The translations under genes and the position numbers were made by a program. Source: Planctomycetota bacterium (GTDB taxonomy: Bacteria > Planctomycetota > UBA8108 > UBA1146). From it: 64,000 nt of DNA. Below, one piece after another: positions 1-10,534 of this stretch. The stretch covers positions 17,502-81,501 of the forward strand of contig JAYZBV010000065.1 in NCBI GenBank assembly GCA_036338595.1, in the 5' to 3' direction. The notes under the pieces are model-generated. The model was given only the letters and a program-made list of their open reading frames with translations. It did not search any database and was not told the DNA's origin. Position 1 is the first letter of the stretch. Each line of letters begins with the position of its first letter.

Positions 1-1117
1 GTTCCTGGATGTCGAAGATCCTCGTCAATCCACCGGAGCTGGTCAGGAACAGCACCATCACCGGAGTCACCAGCATCAAACCCAGAATGCAGGATCGCCA
101 GGCACTGCGATATGCATCATCTGAATGCCCTGCCCCGAGCAGTCTTCCCGCAACACTGGCTGCCGCCGCCTGAAACCCGTGGGCAGGGAGAAACGCCATC
201 GATTGGATCGAGATCGCGATTCTGTGTGCTGCCATCGATGTCGCATCGAGTTTCAGGATGGCGAATTGATAGACCACGAAACCGGAGTGGAACAGTAATG
301 CGGCACCAAACGCAGGGGCACTGTGGCGAATCGTCTCCTTCGCCTGGATCAGATCAAAACGCAGAGCCCCGGGGATTCTCAGCGAGATGCGGCCTTCCCG
401 ACTCCACAGGATCACCGTGAGGATCAAGGCCACCTCGAACAGCGGCGCGAGTCCAGTGGCCAGCCCGACCCCTTCCAGACCCATGCGGGGTGCGCCCCAG
501 AGTCCGAAAAGCAGCACCGCATTGCCAACGATGTTGGCCACATTGCCCAGCACTCCACCGAGAACGGGCAACAACGAGGAGCCCGCACCCCGAAGGGTTG
601 CCTCCAGCGTCACCGCCAGAGCCCGAAGTGGAAACAGCCATAAAAACCACTTCAGATAACCGTCTGCGAGGCGAGCAATCTCCTGCGCCTGCACAGGATT
701 CCCGCTCGCGAGCTGTCCCTCGAGCCAACCGATGCAAGTTTCTCTACCCGAGAATCCAATCAACGTCACCAGGGACCCGACTGCAAATGCCAGTACCAGT
801 GCCGTATAGGTTGCGGTCGCTGCCTTCAGCCGTTGATTTTCTCCGGTCCGGCGAGCAACGATCGCGGTCGCTCCGATGGCAGTCACTGTGAATATGGTCG
901 TCAGAGACCAGCACAATGGAGAGACCAGATTCAGCGCCGCCAGTGAGATGTCATCTGCATCCGATGTGGCTGACACCATCTTCGTGTCGACCAAAAATTG
1001 GAAAGTGTGGAGCAGGTACTGGAGGATGGCAGGAAGCGCAAGTCTCAGGATCTCGCGATCAAGTTGTCGCCCCTTCAATCCGCCATCGAGTTCACCCGCT
1101 GCTGATGGTTGCGTCAC
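1..1117 (-). CDS. MATE family efflux transporter (3'-truncated by window edge)
   Basis: Not in ORF track because there is no stop in the window. Manual translation from GTG 1117: VTQPS...REILRLALPAILQYLLHTFQFLVDTKMVS...LAALNLVSP...IGATAIVARRTGE, a classic MATE N-terminus; the same frame reads as hydrophobic protein at the left edge. Confidence 0.85.
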   Translation of the reverse strand, partial: MTQPSAAGELDGGLKGRQLDREILRLALPAILQYLLHTFQFLVDTKMVSATSDADDISLAALNLVSPLCWSLTTIFTVTAIGATAIVARRTGENQRLKAATATYTALVLAFAVGSLVTLIGFSGRETCIGWLEGQLASGNPVQAQEIARLADGYLKWFLWLFPLRALAVTLEATLRGAGSSLLPVLGGVLGNVANIVGNAVLLFGLWGAPRMGLEGVGLATGLAPLFEVALILTVILWSREGRISLRIPGALRFDLIQAKETIRHSAPAFGAALLFHSGFVVYQFAILKLDATSMAAHRIAISIQSMAFLPAHGFQAAAASVAGRLLGAGHSDDAYRSAWRSCILGLMLVTPVMVLFLTSSGGLTRIFDIQE

Positions 1118-1129
1118 GTGAGTGGGGCC

Positions 1130-1468
1130 TTACCGTTGAGCTTTTTCGAACCGACCCAGGAGGATTTCTATCCGCTCGACTCGTTCAGTGGCGCGATGGA
1201 CATGATCTTCAATCCTCAACAGGATCGCTCGATCGAATTGTTGACCGGATCTGGAGCGCCACTCCAGATCGTCAGCGATCTCGCGCAGGTGGGTCGTCTG
1301 CATACGGACCTCTTCACGGAGGAGTTTGAGATCTTGCTCTGTTGGTTCAGCCGGTCCTGATCCAGTAGTCGTCACGGTCGGGGAGAGGCCGGTCGCAGGA
1401 TCATTCGCAGTACAACCCTGGAGCATGACCACCAGGATCACCATGGCCAGCGAGGACCTGGGCGTCAC
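1130..1468 (-). CDS. Hypothetical lipoprotein
   Basis: Hydrophobic stretch and lipobox-like LVVMLQGC followed by a helical segment; start uncertain (1468 GTG or 1522). Confidence 0.55.
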   Translation of the reverse strand: MTPRSSLAMVILVVMLQGCTANDPATGLSPTVTTTGSGPAEPTEQDLKLLREEVRMQTTHLREIADDLEWRSRSGQQFDRAILLRIEDHVHRATERVERIEILLGRFEKAQR

Positions 1469-1532
1469 TTCACAGCGAGGGCGGGAGAGTTCCTGATCCG
1501 ATGCTGGATCGACACGAATCATCCTTCTCCCT

Positions 1533-2636
1533 TCAGCCGACTGAATTCACGATGGACTCGGGGGGAGAGGACCGCAAGAGCCGCTCCACCACCTCGGTCG
1601 GAACCGATTGGACGACGACCTTGCCGGGGGCGCAGGGTATGACCCAGCGTAACTGTTGACCCCGGGTCTTCTTGTCGGCGAGCAAGGCCGGCATCACAAC
1701 TTCCAGGTCGATTCCACCGAGGCATGTCGGCAGACCCACTCGCTCCATCACTGTTGCGATTCTGCGCTCGGTTCCGGCCGGGGCCTCGCCGATTTCCTCC
1801 GCCAGCCGTGCGGCAAAGCAAAATCCCCTGGCGACCGCTTCGCCATGGAGCACCGGTGGCGACGAGGTCATCTCCAGAGCATGAGCAAGTGTGTGACCCA
1901 GGTTGAGCACTTCCCGACGATCCTCCTCGAAGGGATCCTGTTCGACGATGTCCACCTTTACTGCGACTGCCGATGCGAGTTGCTCCACCGTGGGGATCAG
2001 GTGCTCTGGAATCGCCGCGGGATCGTTTTCGAGCGACTCGAACAGGCCAGGATCTCCGATCCATGCCGCCTTGATCAGTTCTGCCCATCCCATTGCGCGC
2101 TGTTCGATGGGCAATGACTCAAGAAATGCAAGATCCGAGATGACCGCTCTCGGTAGGTGAAAACTACCGATCCGATTCTTGACACCATCGAAGTGGATCG
2201 CTGTCTTGCCTCCGATATGTGCATCGACCATCGCCAGCAGAGTCGTGGGTATGCCGATCCACGGCACACCTCGATGCCAAATCGATGCAGCAAACGCTGC
2301 AGAATCTGCGAGCGCACCACCTCCAGCAACCAGCAGCAAGCCGCCTCGATCGAGTCCCGATTGCGCCATCAGCTCCAGAATGCTGCGAAACGACCCCGTC
2401 CGTTTCGATTCCTCACCGCCGGCCACCATCTTCTCCACCAGCGGAGCCCGCTTCGAGAGGATTTGACGCAGAGGATCCAGCGAGGACTCATCGACACCGG
2501 AGTCTCGCAATAACAATTGCGATGTGGGCAACGGGCCCAGCAACTGGTCGTCAATGACCTGGTCGAGGGGGCCGATTCTGAGCAGGCATGAGGCATCGGG
2601 CCATTCGATTCGAGTACCGAACTGGCCGCGGGTCAT
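1533..2636 (-). CDS. aroB: 3-dehydroquinate synthase
   Basis: GEESK, GGG, PTTLLAMVDAHIGGKT, LNLGHTLAHALE, LHGEAVA and DKK motifs; start ATG 2636 overlaps upstream stop (ATGA). Confidence 0.93.
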   Translation of the reverse strand: MTRGQFGTRIEWPDASCLLRIGPLDQVIDDQLLGPLPTSQLLLRDSGVDESSLDPLRQILSKRAPLVEKMVAGGEESKRTGSFRSILELMAQSGLDRGGLLLVAGGGALADSAAFAASIWHRGVPWIGIPTTLLAMVDAHIGGKTAIHFDGVKNRIGSFHLPRAVISDLAFLESLPIEQRAMGWAELIKAAWIGDPGLFESLENDPAAIPEHLIPTVEQLASAVAVKVDIVEQDPFEEDRREVLNLGHTLAHALEMTSSPPVLHGEAVARGFCFAARLAEEIGEAPAGTERRIATVMERVGLPTCLGGIDLEVVMPALLADKKTRGQQLRWVIPCAPGKVVVQSVPTEVVERLLRSSPPESIVNSVG

Positions 2637-3529
2637 CGGGCCCCACGATTGCGGGAGATGCGTCGAGAATCTCCCCTGTTCCTGTTCTGGATCACCAGCA
2701 ACAGGATCAGGGATGCCAGCGAGATCGTCATGATGATCCACAAGGGAAGATACCGATCGCCACGTTGTACAAATGGGCTCTGGTAAGGAGCCAGGGTATT
2801 CGCCACCCACTGCGGCACCATTCCTTCGCCCCCTCGAGCGGTCCTGTAGCGATAGAGCCTCAGAAAATCACCAGACATCAGCACATCACTACCGCTGGGA
2901 AGATTCTTTGGTTTTTTGATGAAATCGACCCGGTGCAATCGGCCATCGAGATCGGACCCGAACACTTCCCAGTACTGTTTCAATCCCGATGCGTTCTCTT
3001 CCAGTGTTCTTGGCTGAGGGTTTTCGATCAGGGTCAGTACCAGTAGATGCCTCTTTCCCCTGAGACTCGAGGCGTCTTCAGCGATCTCGGGAACCCGCGG
3101 AGCCTCCCCTGCCTCCTCGACCTCATGACCAGAACGCCATCGATGAAGCAGATAAATCTGGCCATCCAGTTCAGCTTCGCCTGGAATCCTGGCCTCGATA
3201 TCCCGAACCCCTGCAAGACGGGCAGGATCTTCAATGAACGGGGCCGCCATCGGAGGCAGCTCACCTACTGGAGTAATCGCAACCGGTTCCGGCACATTGG
3301 ACACCGATGAACCGTTCGAGGACCCCACATCCGGGTCGGAACCGGATCCCACTCTCAAGGGGACCACCCCGACAGCGGCAGGAACAGGCTGTTCCACTGG
3401 CCATTGCGGAAACAGCAAGATCATCCCCAGCGCAAGCAGTAGCAGCAGGGGACCGATCACGCGCATTTTTTCGCGCAGGCTCAGCCCCCCTCGAACGGGA
3501 CGATATTTTCTGGGACCGAAGTAAACCAT
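2633..3529 (-). CDS. Hypothetical membrane-anchored protein (N- and C-terminal TM helices)
   Basis: ORF 2633..3679, probable start MVYFGPR at 3529; two hydrophobic helices flank a soluble domain; translationally coupled to aroB. Confidence 0.65.
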   Translation of the reverse strand: MVYFGPRKYRPVRGGLSLREKMRVIGPLLLLLALGMILLFPQWPVEQPVPAAVGVVPLRVGSGSDPDVGSSNGSSVSNVPEPVAITPVGELPPMAAPFIEDPARLAGVRDIEARIPGEAELDGQIYLLHRWRSGHEVEEAGEAPRVPEIAEDASSLRGKRHLLVLTLIENPQPRTLEENASGLKQYWEVFGSDLDGRLHRVDFIKKPKNLPSGSDVLMSGDFLRLYRYRTARGGEGMVPQWVANTLAPYQSPFVQRGDRYLPLWIIMTISLASLILLLVIQNRNRGDSRRISRNRGAR

Positions 3530-3560
3530 GCCTTCAGGATAACAGGGTACGAACCGACCG

Positions 3561-4691
3561 TCAGTGGCCAACGCCGGTTGCGAGCAGGGCCAGCACCTGA
3601 CGAGCGGCCTCCTTGCTGGCGCCAGGACGAAATCGATCGGCTCGAAGCTGCTGTAATTGACCGACCAGATCGGCGCCATTGTCGTCGTCGAGTAAGGGTG
3701 CTGCTATTCGAGCGATGGCCTGCCCATCGCCAGGCTCGAACAGGATCTCGGGAACCAGCCGTTTTCCTGCAAACAAGTTCACCAGGGAAAAATACGGTGC
3801 GACTCCAAGCAGTTGATAGACGGAGCGCGAAAGCTCCGTCGCCGGATAGGCCACCACCATCGGAACGCCGTGCCACGCCGTTTCCAGCGTGGCCGTGCCA
3901 GAACACACGATGGCCAATCGTGCTTGCGCCTGCAATGCTCTCGCATCACCGACGTGTATCTTCACATCCGGCTCTCTGGCGATCAATTGCTCCACCTCGG
4001 GGAGCAACTTTTCACGCTGGCAGGAGACCCAGGTTTCCAGGGACGGGCTCTGCTGACGCAAGATACGAGCGGCCTCCAGCAAAGCCGGCAAGCCAGTGCG
4101 AACCTCCTGGCGACGACTCCCTGGTAGCAGCGCGAGAATCGGCGATCCGTCATGATCCTGCAATGGCGGTACCATCCCTGCGTCCTCGAGCGAGTCGAAG
4201 ACGGGATTACCCACATGATGAACCTTCGAATGATATTCGCTGTAGATCTTCTCCTCGAAAGGAAGCACCACCAGCAGTTGATCTGCACAGGAGGCTATCC
4301 TGCGAATTCGCCAGGGTGCCCATGCCCAGACCTGAGGACAGATGTAGTAACTCACCGGGATGCCCAGACCTCGTGCGATCGTCGCCAGATGGTAGTGCAA
4401 TCCGGGATAATCCACGACGACCAGCTGGTCGGGAGGATCTTGCAGCATCTCTTCGACGAAATTTGCGGTGTGACGCAATATCGAGCCCATCTGCCCCAGC
4501 ACCGGCAACCAACCCATGACGGCTCGATCCGCACGGTCGGCTCTCAATACCGCACCTGCAGCAGCGAGTCGCTCTCCACCCACAGCATCCACTTGCAGTT
4601 GAGGATCGAGTCGCAGGCATTCCTCGACCAGCCTGGCAGCATGGAGGTCACCAGAGGGTTCTCCGGCACAGACAAAGAGCCTTCCCGCCAT
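3561..4691 (-). CDS. lpxB: Lipid-A-disaccharide synthase
   Basis: AGEPSGDLH, VDYPG, YYICPQVWAW, LPFE, VGNP, LLPGSRRQE and SGTATLE motifs. Confidence 0.93.
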   Translation of the reverse strand: MAGRLFVCAGEPSGDLHAARLVEECLRLDPQLQVDAVGGERLAAAGAVLRADRADRAVMGWLPVLGQMGSILRHTANFVEEMLQDPPDQLVVVDYPGLHYHLATIARGLGIPVSYYICPQVWAWAPWRIRRIASCADQLLVVLPFEEKIYSEYHSKVHHVGNPVFDSLEDAGMVPPLQDHDGSPILALLPGSRRQEVRTGLPALLEAARILRQQSPSLETWVSCQREKLLPEVEQLIAREPDVKIHVGDARALQAQARLAIVCSGTATLETAWHGVPMVVAYPATELSRSVYQLLGVAPYFSLVNLFAGKRLVPEILFEPGDGQAIARIAAPLLDDDNGADLVGQLQQLRADRFRPGASKEAARQVLALLATGVGH

Positions 4692-4692
4692 G

Positions 4693-5406
4693 TCAGTCGC
4701 TTCCAGACATTCGCCTGCGGCTCCACTCCATGAATCGCAGGGTAATGGCGCTGCTAAGCGGTTCATCGGGGATCAACTCGGGGTGCCACTGGACTCCGAC
4801 CACTCTTCCCGTCGGGTCACAGGCTGCTTCGATGATTCCATCGTCAGCGGTAGCCAGGCCCATCCAGTCGGGGGGTAGTATTGATATCGCCTGGTGATGA
4901 CTGGAATTGATGGAGAAGCGACCCGCCTCCGGTCCAGCATCCAGTTCACCAGTCCAGGTGACATCGTGCGTGAGGAACTCACCGATCGCTTCCTCCGGTC
5001 GGTGCTTCAGCACGGATCCGGTCTGCTGCACGATATCTCCATGGATGCTGCCCCCGGCGACGACCGCCAGCACTTGAAATCCGCCACAGATGCCCAGACA
5101 CGGCAACTCGCTGCCCAGAAGGAACCGAGCCCACTCGATGTCTGCATCTTCACGATCCGGATGCACGGGAATATATCTCTCGGGTGGTGTCGAACCATCC
5201 GCAAGTCCACACCTGTAATCATCCCCACCGATCAGTACCATCCCGTCCAGGATTTCAACCACCTCGGATGGGGGTACATCTGGAGGAATGATCAGTGGCA
5301 CACCGCCGAACTGAATCACCAGTTCGTGGTACGCTGACCAGACCCTCGATCGGGTCCGATTCGTTTCCTCGATGTCGCAGTTGAGTCCAATTCGTGGTTT
5401 CATCAT
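4693..5406 (-). CDS. Gamma-glutamyl-gamma-aminobutyrate hydrolase family protein (peptidase C26, class I glutamine amidotransferase)
   Basis: KPRIG, GGxD, LGICGGFQ (nucleophile Cys), NSSHHQ, GVQWHPE. Confidence 0.88.
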   Translation of the reverse strand: MMKPRIGLNCDIEETNRTRSRVWSAYHELVIQFGGVPLIIPPDVPPSEVVEILDGMVLIGGDDYRCGLADGSTPPERYIPVHPDREDADIEWARFLLGSELPCLGICGGFQVLAVVAGGSIHGDIVQQTGSVLKHRPEEAIGEFLTHDVTWTGELDAGPEAGRFSINSSHHQAISILPPDWMGLATADDGIIEAACDPTGRVVGVQWHPELIPDEPLSSAITLRFMEWSRRRMSGSD

Positions 5407-5422
5407 TCCTCGCTCGCCTCCG

Positions 5423-6748
5423 ATGGTTGACGAACGCTACGCCCGCGTCAACGACAGAAGGGTACGATTGCCAAAGTCAGGACAAATCCCGCTGCCACCG
5501 CAAAGATTACGAGATCTTGATTCCTGGCTGGGCTGCTTCACCAACTGGGAGAGGCAGGCACCCCTGGCCGGTGATCGGCGATCTCTCGGGCCAGCCAGAT
5601 GCCGCGCTCTGCTCGATCGAGCCGGGATACCGACGCCGTCGGGACCGGTGGTCCAGGTCGCAGGAACCAAGGGCAAGGGATCTACCGTGCTGTGGATGGA
5701 ATCCCTGCTGAGGGTGCGAGCAGAGCCCTGTGCAGCCACGGTTTCACCGCATCTGGAATCGATCACCGAGCGGATCAGGATCGATGGCAGGGAGTTGTCA
5801 GAGGCGGCGATCATGGAGGGATTGCGAAGGCTCCACCCTCATCTGACCGATGAGAAGAGTCCCGATGCTCATGCTCCCACCTTTTTTGACCTGTGGATCG
5901 CACTCTTCATCGAGAGAACCCACCAGGCGGGAAAGCGCTGGTTATTGGTCGAGGTAGGTCTCGGTGGTCCCCTCGATTCTACATGTGCCATCGGGCACGA
6001 TGTCGGGGTACTGACGACAGTCGATCTCGATCACCAGGCGATCCTCGGAGAAAGCACGCAGGAGATCACACGGGAAAAGAGCCGCATCGCCAGCGCAGGA
6101 AAACCATTCATCATCGCAGATGGAGCCGATGCAGAACTTGCAGTTCAGACTGCGGAGAGTCATGGCGCAATTCCTGAGGTCATCCGCGATGACGATCGCC
6201 TGCCAGCCACGGTTGTGGCCCCTCAGCGGCTCAATGCCGCGGTTGGACTTGCGGCCCTTGAGAGTGTGCACGGGGTCAAACCCTGGAGCGTCGATGAGAT
6301 CAGGATGGCGATCGAACTCATCCAACTTCCAGGTCGTCTCGAACTGCTCTCATCCCCTCATCCATTGCTCCTCGATGGAGCTCATACGCCCCTCTCGCTG
6401 GATGCCTTTGTCGATTGTTTTCAGTCCCACTGCGGTTCAGAACCCGGGGCATTGCTGTTGGGAATGATGCATGACAAGGATGCGTCCTCGAGCCTGGCTC
6501 CACTGACGAAACTGGAGCCACCGCCGAACATCGCCTCCGTCACGGTTCCCTCTGCACGAGGACTCCCCGCTTCGCAGCTTGCGGAGGTCATCGATGGCCT
6601 GGGGCTCGATTGCATCGCCCTGGATGAGCCAGAACAGGGACTCGCCTGGATCAAGGAAAAAGCCGCTACCGGGGTCCCGGCAGCGGCCACTGGTTCGATG
6701 CAATTGGCCGGCTGGATTCGCCGGCACTGGTGCGAACAACTGCACTAG
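5423..6748 (+). CDS. folC: Folylpolyglutamate synthase / dihydrofolate synthase
   Basis: VAGTKGKGST P-loop, SPHL, ERI, EVGLGG-LDST, DLDH-LG, EKS-I, LPGRLE, DGAH. Confidence 0.85.
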   Translation: MVDERYARVNDRRVRLPKSGQIPLPPQRLRDLDSWLGCFTNWERQAPLAGDRRSLGPARCRALLDRAGIPTPSGPVVQVAGTKGKGSTVLWMESLLRVRAEPCAATVSPHLESITERIRIDGRELSEAAIMEGLRRLHPHLTDEKSPDAHAPTFFDLWIALFIERTHQAGKRWLLVEVGLGGPLDSTCAIGHDVGVLTTVDLDHQAILGESTQEITREKSRIASAGKPFIIADGADAELAVQTAESHGAIPEVIRDDDRLPATVVAPQRLNAAVGLAALESVHGVKPWSVDEIRMAIELIQLPGRLELLSSPHPLLLDGAHTPLSLDAFVDCFQSHCGSEPGALLLGMMHDKDASSSLAPLTKLEPPPNIASVTVPSARGLPASQLAEVIDGLGLDCIALDEPEQGLAWIKEKAATGVPAAATGSMQLAGWIRRHWCEQLH

Positions 6749-9240
6749 GGTGAAGTTGTTGGAGCGTCCTCCTCCTTGGGGCTATCGGTGGGAATCTTCT
6801 GGAAGTGTACCTCACCGTCAATCACTTCCATGCGGATGCGAGAGCCTTCAGGGAAGTATCCGCGAAGGAGTTGTTCCGCGAGCGTATCCTCAACATGTTG
6901 CTGGATCGATCTCCGCAACGGACGAGCTCCGAAGTCCGGGTTGTAGCCCTTTTCGATCAGGAATTCTGTCGCATCTTCCGTGACTTCAAGTTCGACCCCT
7001 CGCTCCCGAAGTCTACCCAGAACCTGCGCCATCTCGATCTTGATGATCTCTTCGAGATCCTTCCTATCGAGGGGCTGAAAGAAAATGGGGTCGTCAATAC
7101 GGTTGAGGAATTCGGGTCGGAAAAACTTTTCAACCTCGTCCATCACTTCTTTGCGCTTCTGGTCCGTGTCTCGGCCTTCACCAGTGTTACGAAATCCGAG
7201 AGCGCTTTGATTTTTTATCAGATCCGCACCGATGTTCGATGTCATGATGAGAACGACATTACGGAAGTCGATAACCCTGCCAAATGAATCCGTAACATGC
7301 CCTTCCTCCATCACCTGGAGCAGCATGTTGAACACATCGGAATGCGCCTTTTCTACTTCATCGAGCAGCACCACGGCATACGGGCGCCGACGGATCTTTT
7401 CCGTCAACTGGCCACCCTCCTCGTATCCGACATATCCAGGAGGAGCCCCTACCAGTCGCGAAACATTATGTTTCTCCATGAACTCCGACATATCGATCTG
7501 TATCAGTGAGTCCTCTTCGCCGAACAGGAACTTTGCCAGACTTTTTGCCAGCAAGGTCTTGCCAACCCCCGTGGGACCCAGGAACAGGAATGAGCCGACC
7601 GGGCGACGAGGATCCTTGAGCCCGCTGCGGCTCCTGCGAACTGCACGTGAGATTCGCTCGATGGCGTCGTCTTGCGAGACCACTGACTTGTGTAGTTCAT
7701 CCTCCATCAACAGAAGGCGTTCCGCCTCGCCACTGTCGATTCGCGTCAACGGGATCCCGGTCATCCTCGCCACAGTCTCGGCAATGACTTCCTCATCGAC
7801 ACAGCCACTCACATCGTCTGCATGATCCCTCCAGGTCTTGAGGTCTTCATCACGTTTCTTCTTGAGCCGGCTCGCCTTATCTCGCAGATTTGCTGCGAGT
7901 TCGAAGTTCTGCTGAGCAACTGAAGCTTCTTTCTCTCGATCGAGTTCTTCGATCTCCTTCTCCAGTTCCTTGAGATCAGGGGGACGAGTGGATTGCTTGA
8001 GACGGATCCTCGACCCGGCCTCATCGATCACATCGATGGCCTTGTCGGGAAGGAACCTGCCGTTGATGTATCGAATCGCCATATCCACGGCGGATTCGAG
8101 AGCCTCATCGGTATAGCGTACACGGTGGTGCGCCTCGTACTTGTCGCGTAGCCCCTTGAGGATTTCCACAGACTGATCTCGGCTGGGCGGATTGACCAGG
8201 ATGCTCTGAAAGCGCCGTTCCAGTGCTCCATCCTTCTCGATGTGCTTTCGATACTCGTCGAGCGTGGTCGCACCGATGCACTGGATTTCGCCCCTGGAAA
8301 GCGCTGGCTTGAGCACGTTCGAGGCATCGATGGCACCCTCGGCACCACCTGCCCCCACCAGAGTGTGCAGTTCATCGATGAAGAGGATCACATTTTTCAC
8401 TCGACTGACTTCCGTCATCACCGCCTTGATGCGCTCCTCGAACTGGCCTCGGTACTTGGTTCCCGCCACCATCAGTGCCAGGTCCAGCACGACGATTCTC
8501 TGGTTTCGCAGGATCTCTGGCACTTCGCCTGAAATGATCTCCTGTGCAAGCCCCTCGACAATGGCGCTCTTGCCGACCCCCGGCTCACCGAGGAGCACAG
8601 GGTTATTCTTGGTCCGACGAGCCAGCACCTGCATCACTCTCTCGATCTCTTCCTCGCGACCGATCACCGGATCGAGTGCCCCCGATCTGGCCATCTCCGC
8701 AAGATCACGCCCGAACGAATCCAGTGCTGGAGTCTTGGAGCTTCTGCTTTTCTGGCCGAGGGACTTTGACTCCTGGTCGAACTCCATCTCGACTTCTCCC
8801 GGATCGGCACCGAGGATCTCCAGGACTTCTGTTCGAACTTCTTCAAGAACCAGTCCAAGTTCCTTCAGAACAGAAGCCGCAAGGCCTTGCTCTTCACGGA
8901 TCAACCCGAGCAGCAGGTGTTCCGTTCCGATGTAATTGTGGCGCAACTCCTTGGCTGCCTCCTGGCACAACTCAAGGACTCGCTTCGCCCGCGGCGTGAA
9001 GGGAAGTTGAGTCATCTGGTGCATCGCGTGGCCACTTTGCACCTGTTTCTCAATTTCTGCTCGAATCTTGCCAGAATCCACATCGAGATTCTTGAGCACA
9101 GTGGCAGCGACTCCGCTCCCTTCCTGAACGAGTCCAAGAAGGACGTGCTCGGTTCCGATGAAATCATGGTTGAAGCGCTGTGCCTCCTTGCGGGCCAGTG
9201 CCATCACTTTTCGAGCTCTGTCAGTAAACTTGTCGAACAT
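6745..9240 (-). CDS. clpC: ATP-dependent Clp protease ATP-binding subunit ClpC
   Basis: MFDKFTDRARKV Clp-N repeats, GEPGVGKS and GPTGVGKT Walker A motifs, UVR-type middle domain; downstream of mcsB. Confidence 0.95.
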   Translation of the reverse strand: MFDKFTDRARKVMALARKEAQRFNHDFIGTEHVLLGLVQEGSGVAATVLKNLDVDSGKIRAEIEKQVQSGHAMHQMTQLPFTPRAKRVLELCQEAAKELRHNYIGTEHLLLGLIREEQGLAASVLKELGLVLEEVRTEVLEILGADPGEVEMEFDQESKSLGQKSRSSKTPALDSFGRDLAEMARSGALDPVIGREEEIERVMQVLARRTKNNPVLLGEPGVGKSAIVEGLAQEIISGEVPEILRNQRIVVLDLALMVAGTKYRGQFEERIKAVMTEVSRVKNVILFIDELHTLVGAGGAEGAIDASNVLKPALSRGEIQCIGATTLDEYRKHIEKDGALERRFQSILVNPPSRDQSVEILKGLRDKYEAHHRVRYTDEALESAVDMAIRYINGRFLPDKAIDVIDEAGSRIRLKQSTRPPDLKELEKEIEELDREKEASVAQQNFELAANLRDKASRLKKKRDEDLKTWRDHADDVSGCVDEEVIAETVARMTGIPLTRIDSGEAERLLLMEDELHKSVVSQDDAIERISRAVRRSRSGLKDPRRPVGSFLFLGPTGVGKTLLAKSLAKFLFGEEDSLIQIDMSEFMEKHNVSRLVGAPPGYVGYEEGGQLTEKIRRRPYAVVLLDEVEKAHSDVFNMLLQVMEEGHVTDSFGRVIDFRNVVLIMTSNIGADLIKNQSALGFRNTGEGRDTDQKRKEVMDEVEKFFRPEFLNRIDDPIFFQPLDRKDLEEIIKIEMAQVLGRLRERGVELEVTEDATEFLIEKGYNPDFGARPLRRSIQQHVEDTLAEQLLRGYFPEGSRIRMEVIDGEVHFQKIPTDSPKEEDAPTTSP

Positions 9241-9345
9241 CGGGTTCCATCCTCAATTTCCAAGGGAGCGGTTGGCTCCCTCACTCACCTCTGTCACTCG
9301 TCTACTCCGCCTGGAAAGCCACTGAATCAAACGGTGGTTCATTGA

Positions 9346-9374
9346 CTAGACGCTTTCTCCGCCGATTGAGTTCC
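9346..9374 (-). promoter_or_regulatory. Candidate ECF-sigma (sigmaE-like) promoter upstream of clpC
   Basis: Minus strand GGAACTC-N17-TCTAG resembles GAACTT-N16/17-TCTnA. Confidence 0.3.
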
Positions 9375-9478
9375 CCGGGGGGATCTCGATCTTCAGTGCC
9401 GCCGGAGCGGCTGGCCTCTCGATACGGCAGTGACATCCTACCCCGACACCCCGACCCCTGGTCAAGTCGATCCGGGTG

Positions 9479-10534
9479 CTAGTTGTTTTCCCTCAGGATC
9501 CGCCTGAGCACCGATGCTCGCAGCATATCGCGCTCATCCGGGGGTAATTCCTGACCTTCCTTCGCCTGCAAATGGCCTGGTTGTGTGAACAGAAACATCC
9601 TGTTGACCTGCTCCAGCGTCAATTTCCCGAGCAACCCGAGGCAAACCCCCAGACGTACAAGAGAGAGTTGCTCGAGCGCCTCCTGGCTTTGGATGACCTT
9701 CGCGTGGGAAAGGAGACCGAATGCCCTCCCGATCTTGTCCTCGATCCGTTCTCGTTTTCGCTCCAGCAATCCTGCCCGAAGTTTTCGTTCGTAGTTGAGG
9801 ATATTGGGAAGAACAGATGAGATCCGCTTGAGGATCTTCTCTTCAGACAGGCCCAACGTACGCTGATTAGAGATCTGGAAGAAATCTCCCTGCGCCTCGG
9901 TCCCCTCTCCGAATAGCCCTCTGACTGCCAGATGCATCCGGGTAGCAGCACGGGTCACTTCCTCGATCTGACCCGTGATCACCATCGCCGGCAGGTGCAG
10001 CATCACCGATGCCCGCATTCCTGTTCCGGTGTTGGTCGGACAGGCTGTGAGATAGCCGTACTGCTGGTCAAAAGCGAACTGAAGTTCTCCATCGAGAGCC
10101 TTCTCCAGCTCGTCCATCTCCTGCCACGCCTCCTCGAGCCGATACCCTGACTTCACGACCTGGATGCGAAGATGGTCCTCTTCATTCCCCATCAGGGAGA
10201 TGGCCTCACTCTCGTCGAAGGCGACCACTCTCGGCCCACTCCCGAGTGCCAGTTCTCGACTCACCAGATGGCGCTCTACAAGAACCATCCGCTCGATCTG
10301 GTCCATCTCTTCGAGGTGCTTCGTGGTCAGGGTCAGTCCGGGTCGAAGCTTGTCGATGGCATCCTGAATTCGATCCGCAACCTTGGCCCGTTGAAGATCC
10401 TCTGCAAGGGTGCCAAATGGCAGGTCGGTAAGGTTCCTCGCCAATCTCACCCTGCTGGAGATGACGAGATCGGAATCGAGGCCTTCACCTCGTAGCCACT
10501 CGCCAACAAAGGGATCAGAATTGCCAAAAATCAT
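9479..10534 (-). CDS. mcsB: Protein arginine kinase
   Basis: SSRVRLARN, LVERHLVS, NEEDHLRIQ, YLTACPTNTGTGMRASVMLHLP, FFQISNQRTLG. Confidence 0.95.
   Translation of the reverse strand: MIFGNSDPFVGEWLRGEGLDSDLVISSRVRLARNLTDLPFGTLAEDLQRAKVADRIQDAIDKLRPGLTLTTKHLEEMDQIERMVLVERHLVSRELALGSGPRVVAFDESEAISLMGNEEDHLRIQVVKSGYRLEEAWQEMDELEKALDGELQFAFDQQYGYLTACPTNTGTGMRASVMLHLPAMVITGQIEEVTRAATRMHLAVRGLFGEGTEAQGDFFQISNQRTLGLSEEKILKRISSVLPNILNYERKLRAGLLERKRERIEDKIGRAFGLLSHAKVIQSQEALEQLSLVRLGVCLGLLGKLTLEQVNRMFLFTQPGHLQAKEGQELPPDERDMLRASVLRRILRENN

Noticed and set aside
1533..2810. Extended ORF starts (aroB 2810, lpxB 4766, xdhC 18020, mce 33782, lptB 55010) suggesting N-terminal fusions
   Set aside because: Extensions overlap neighbouring genes; downstream starts fit family N-termini and translational coupling
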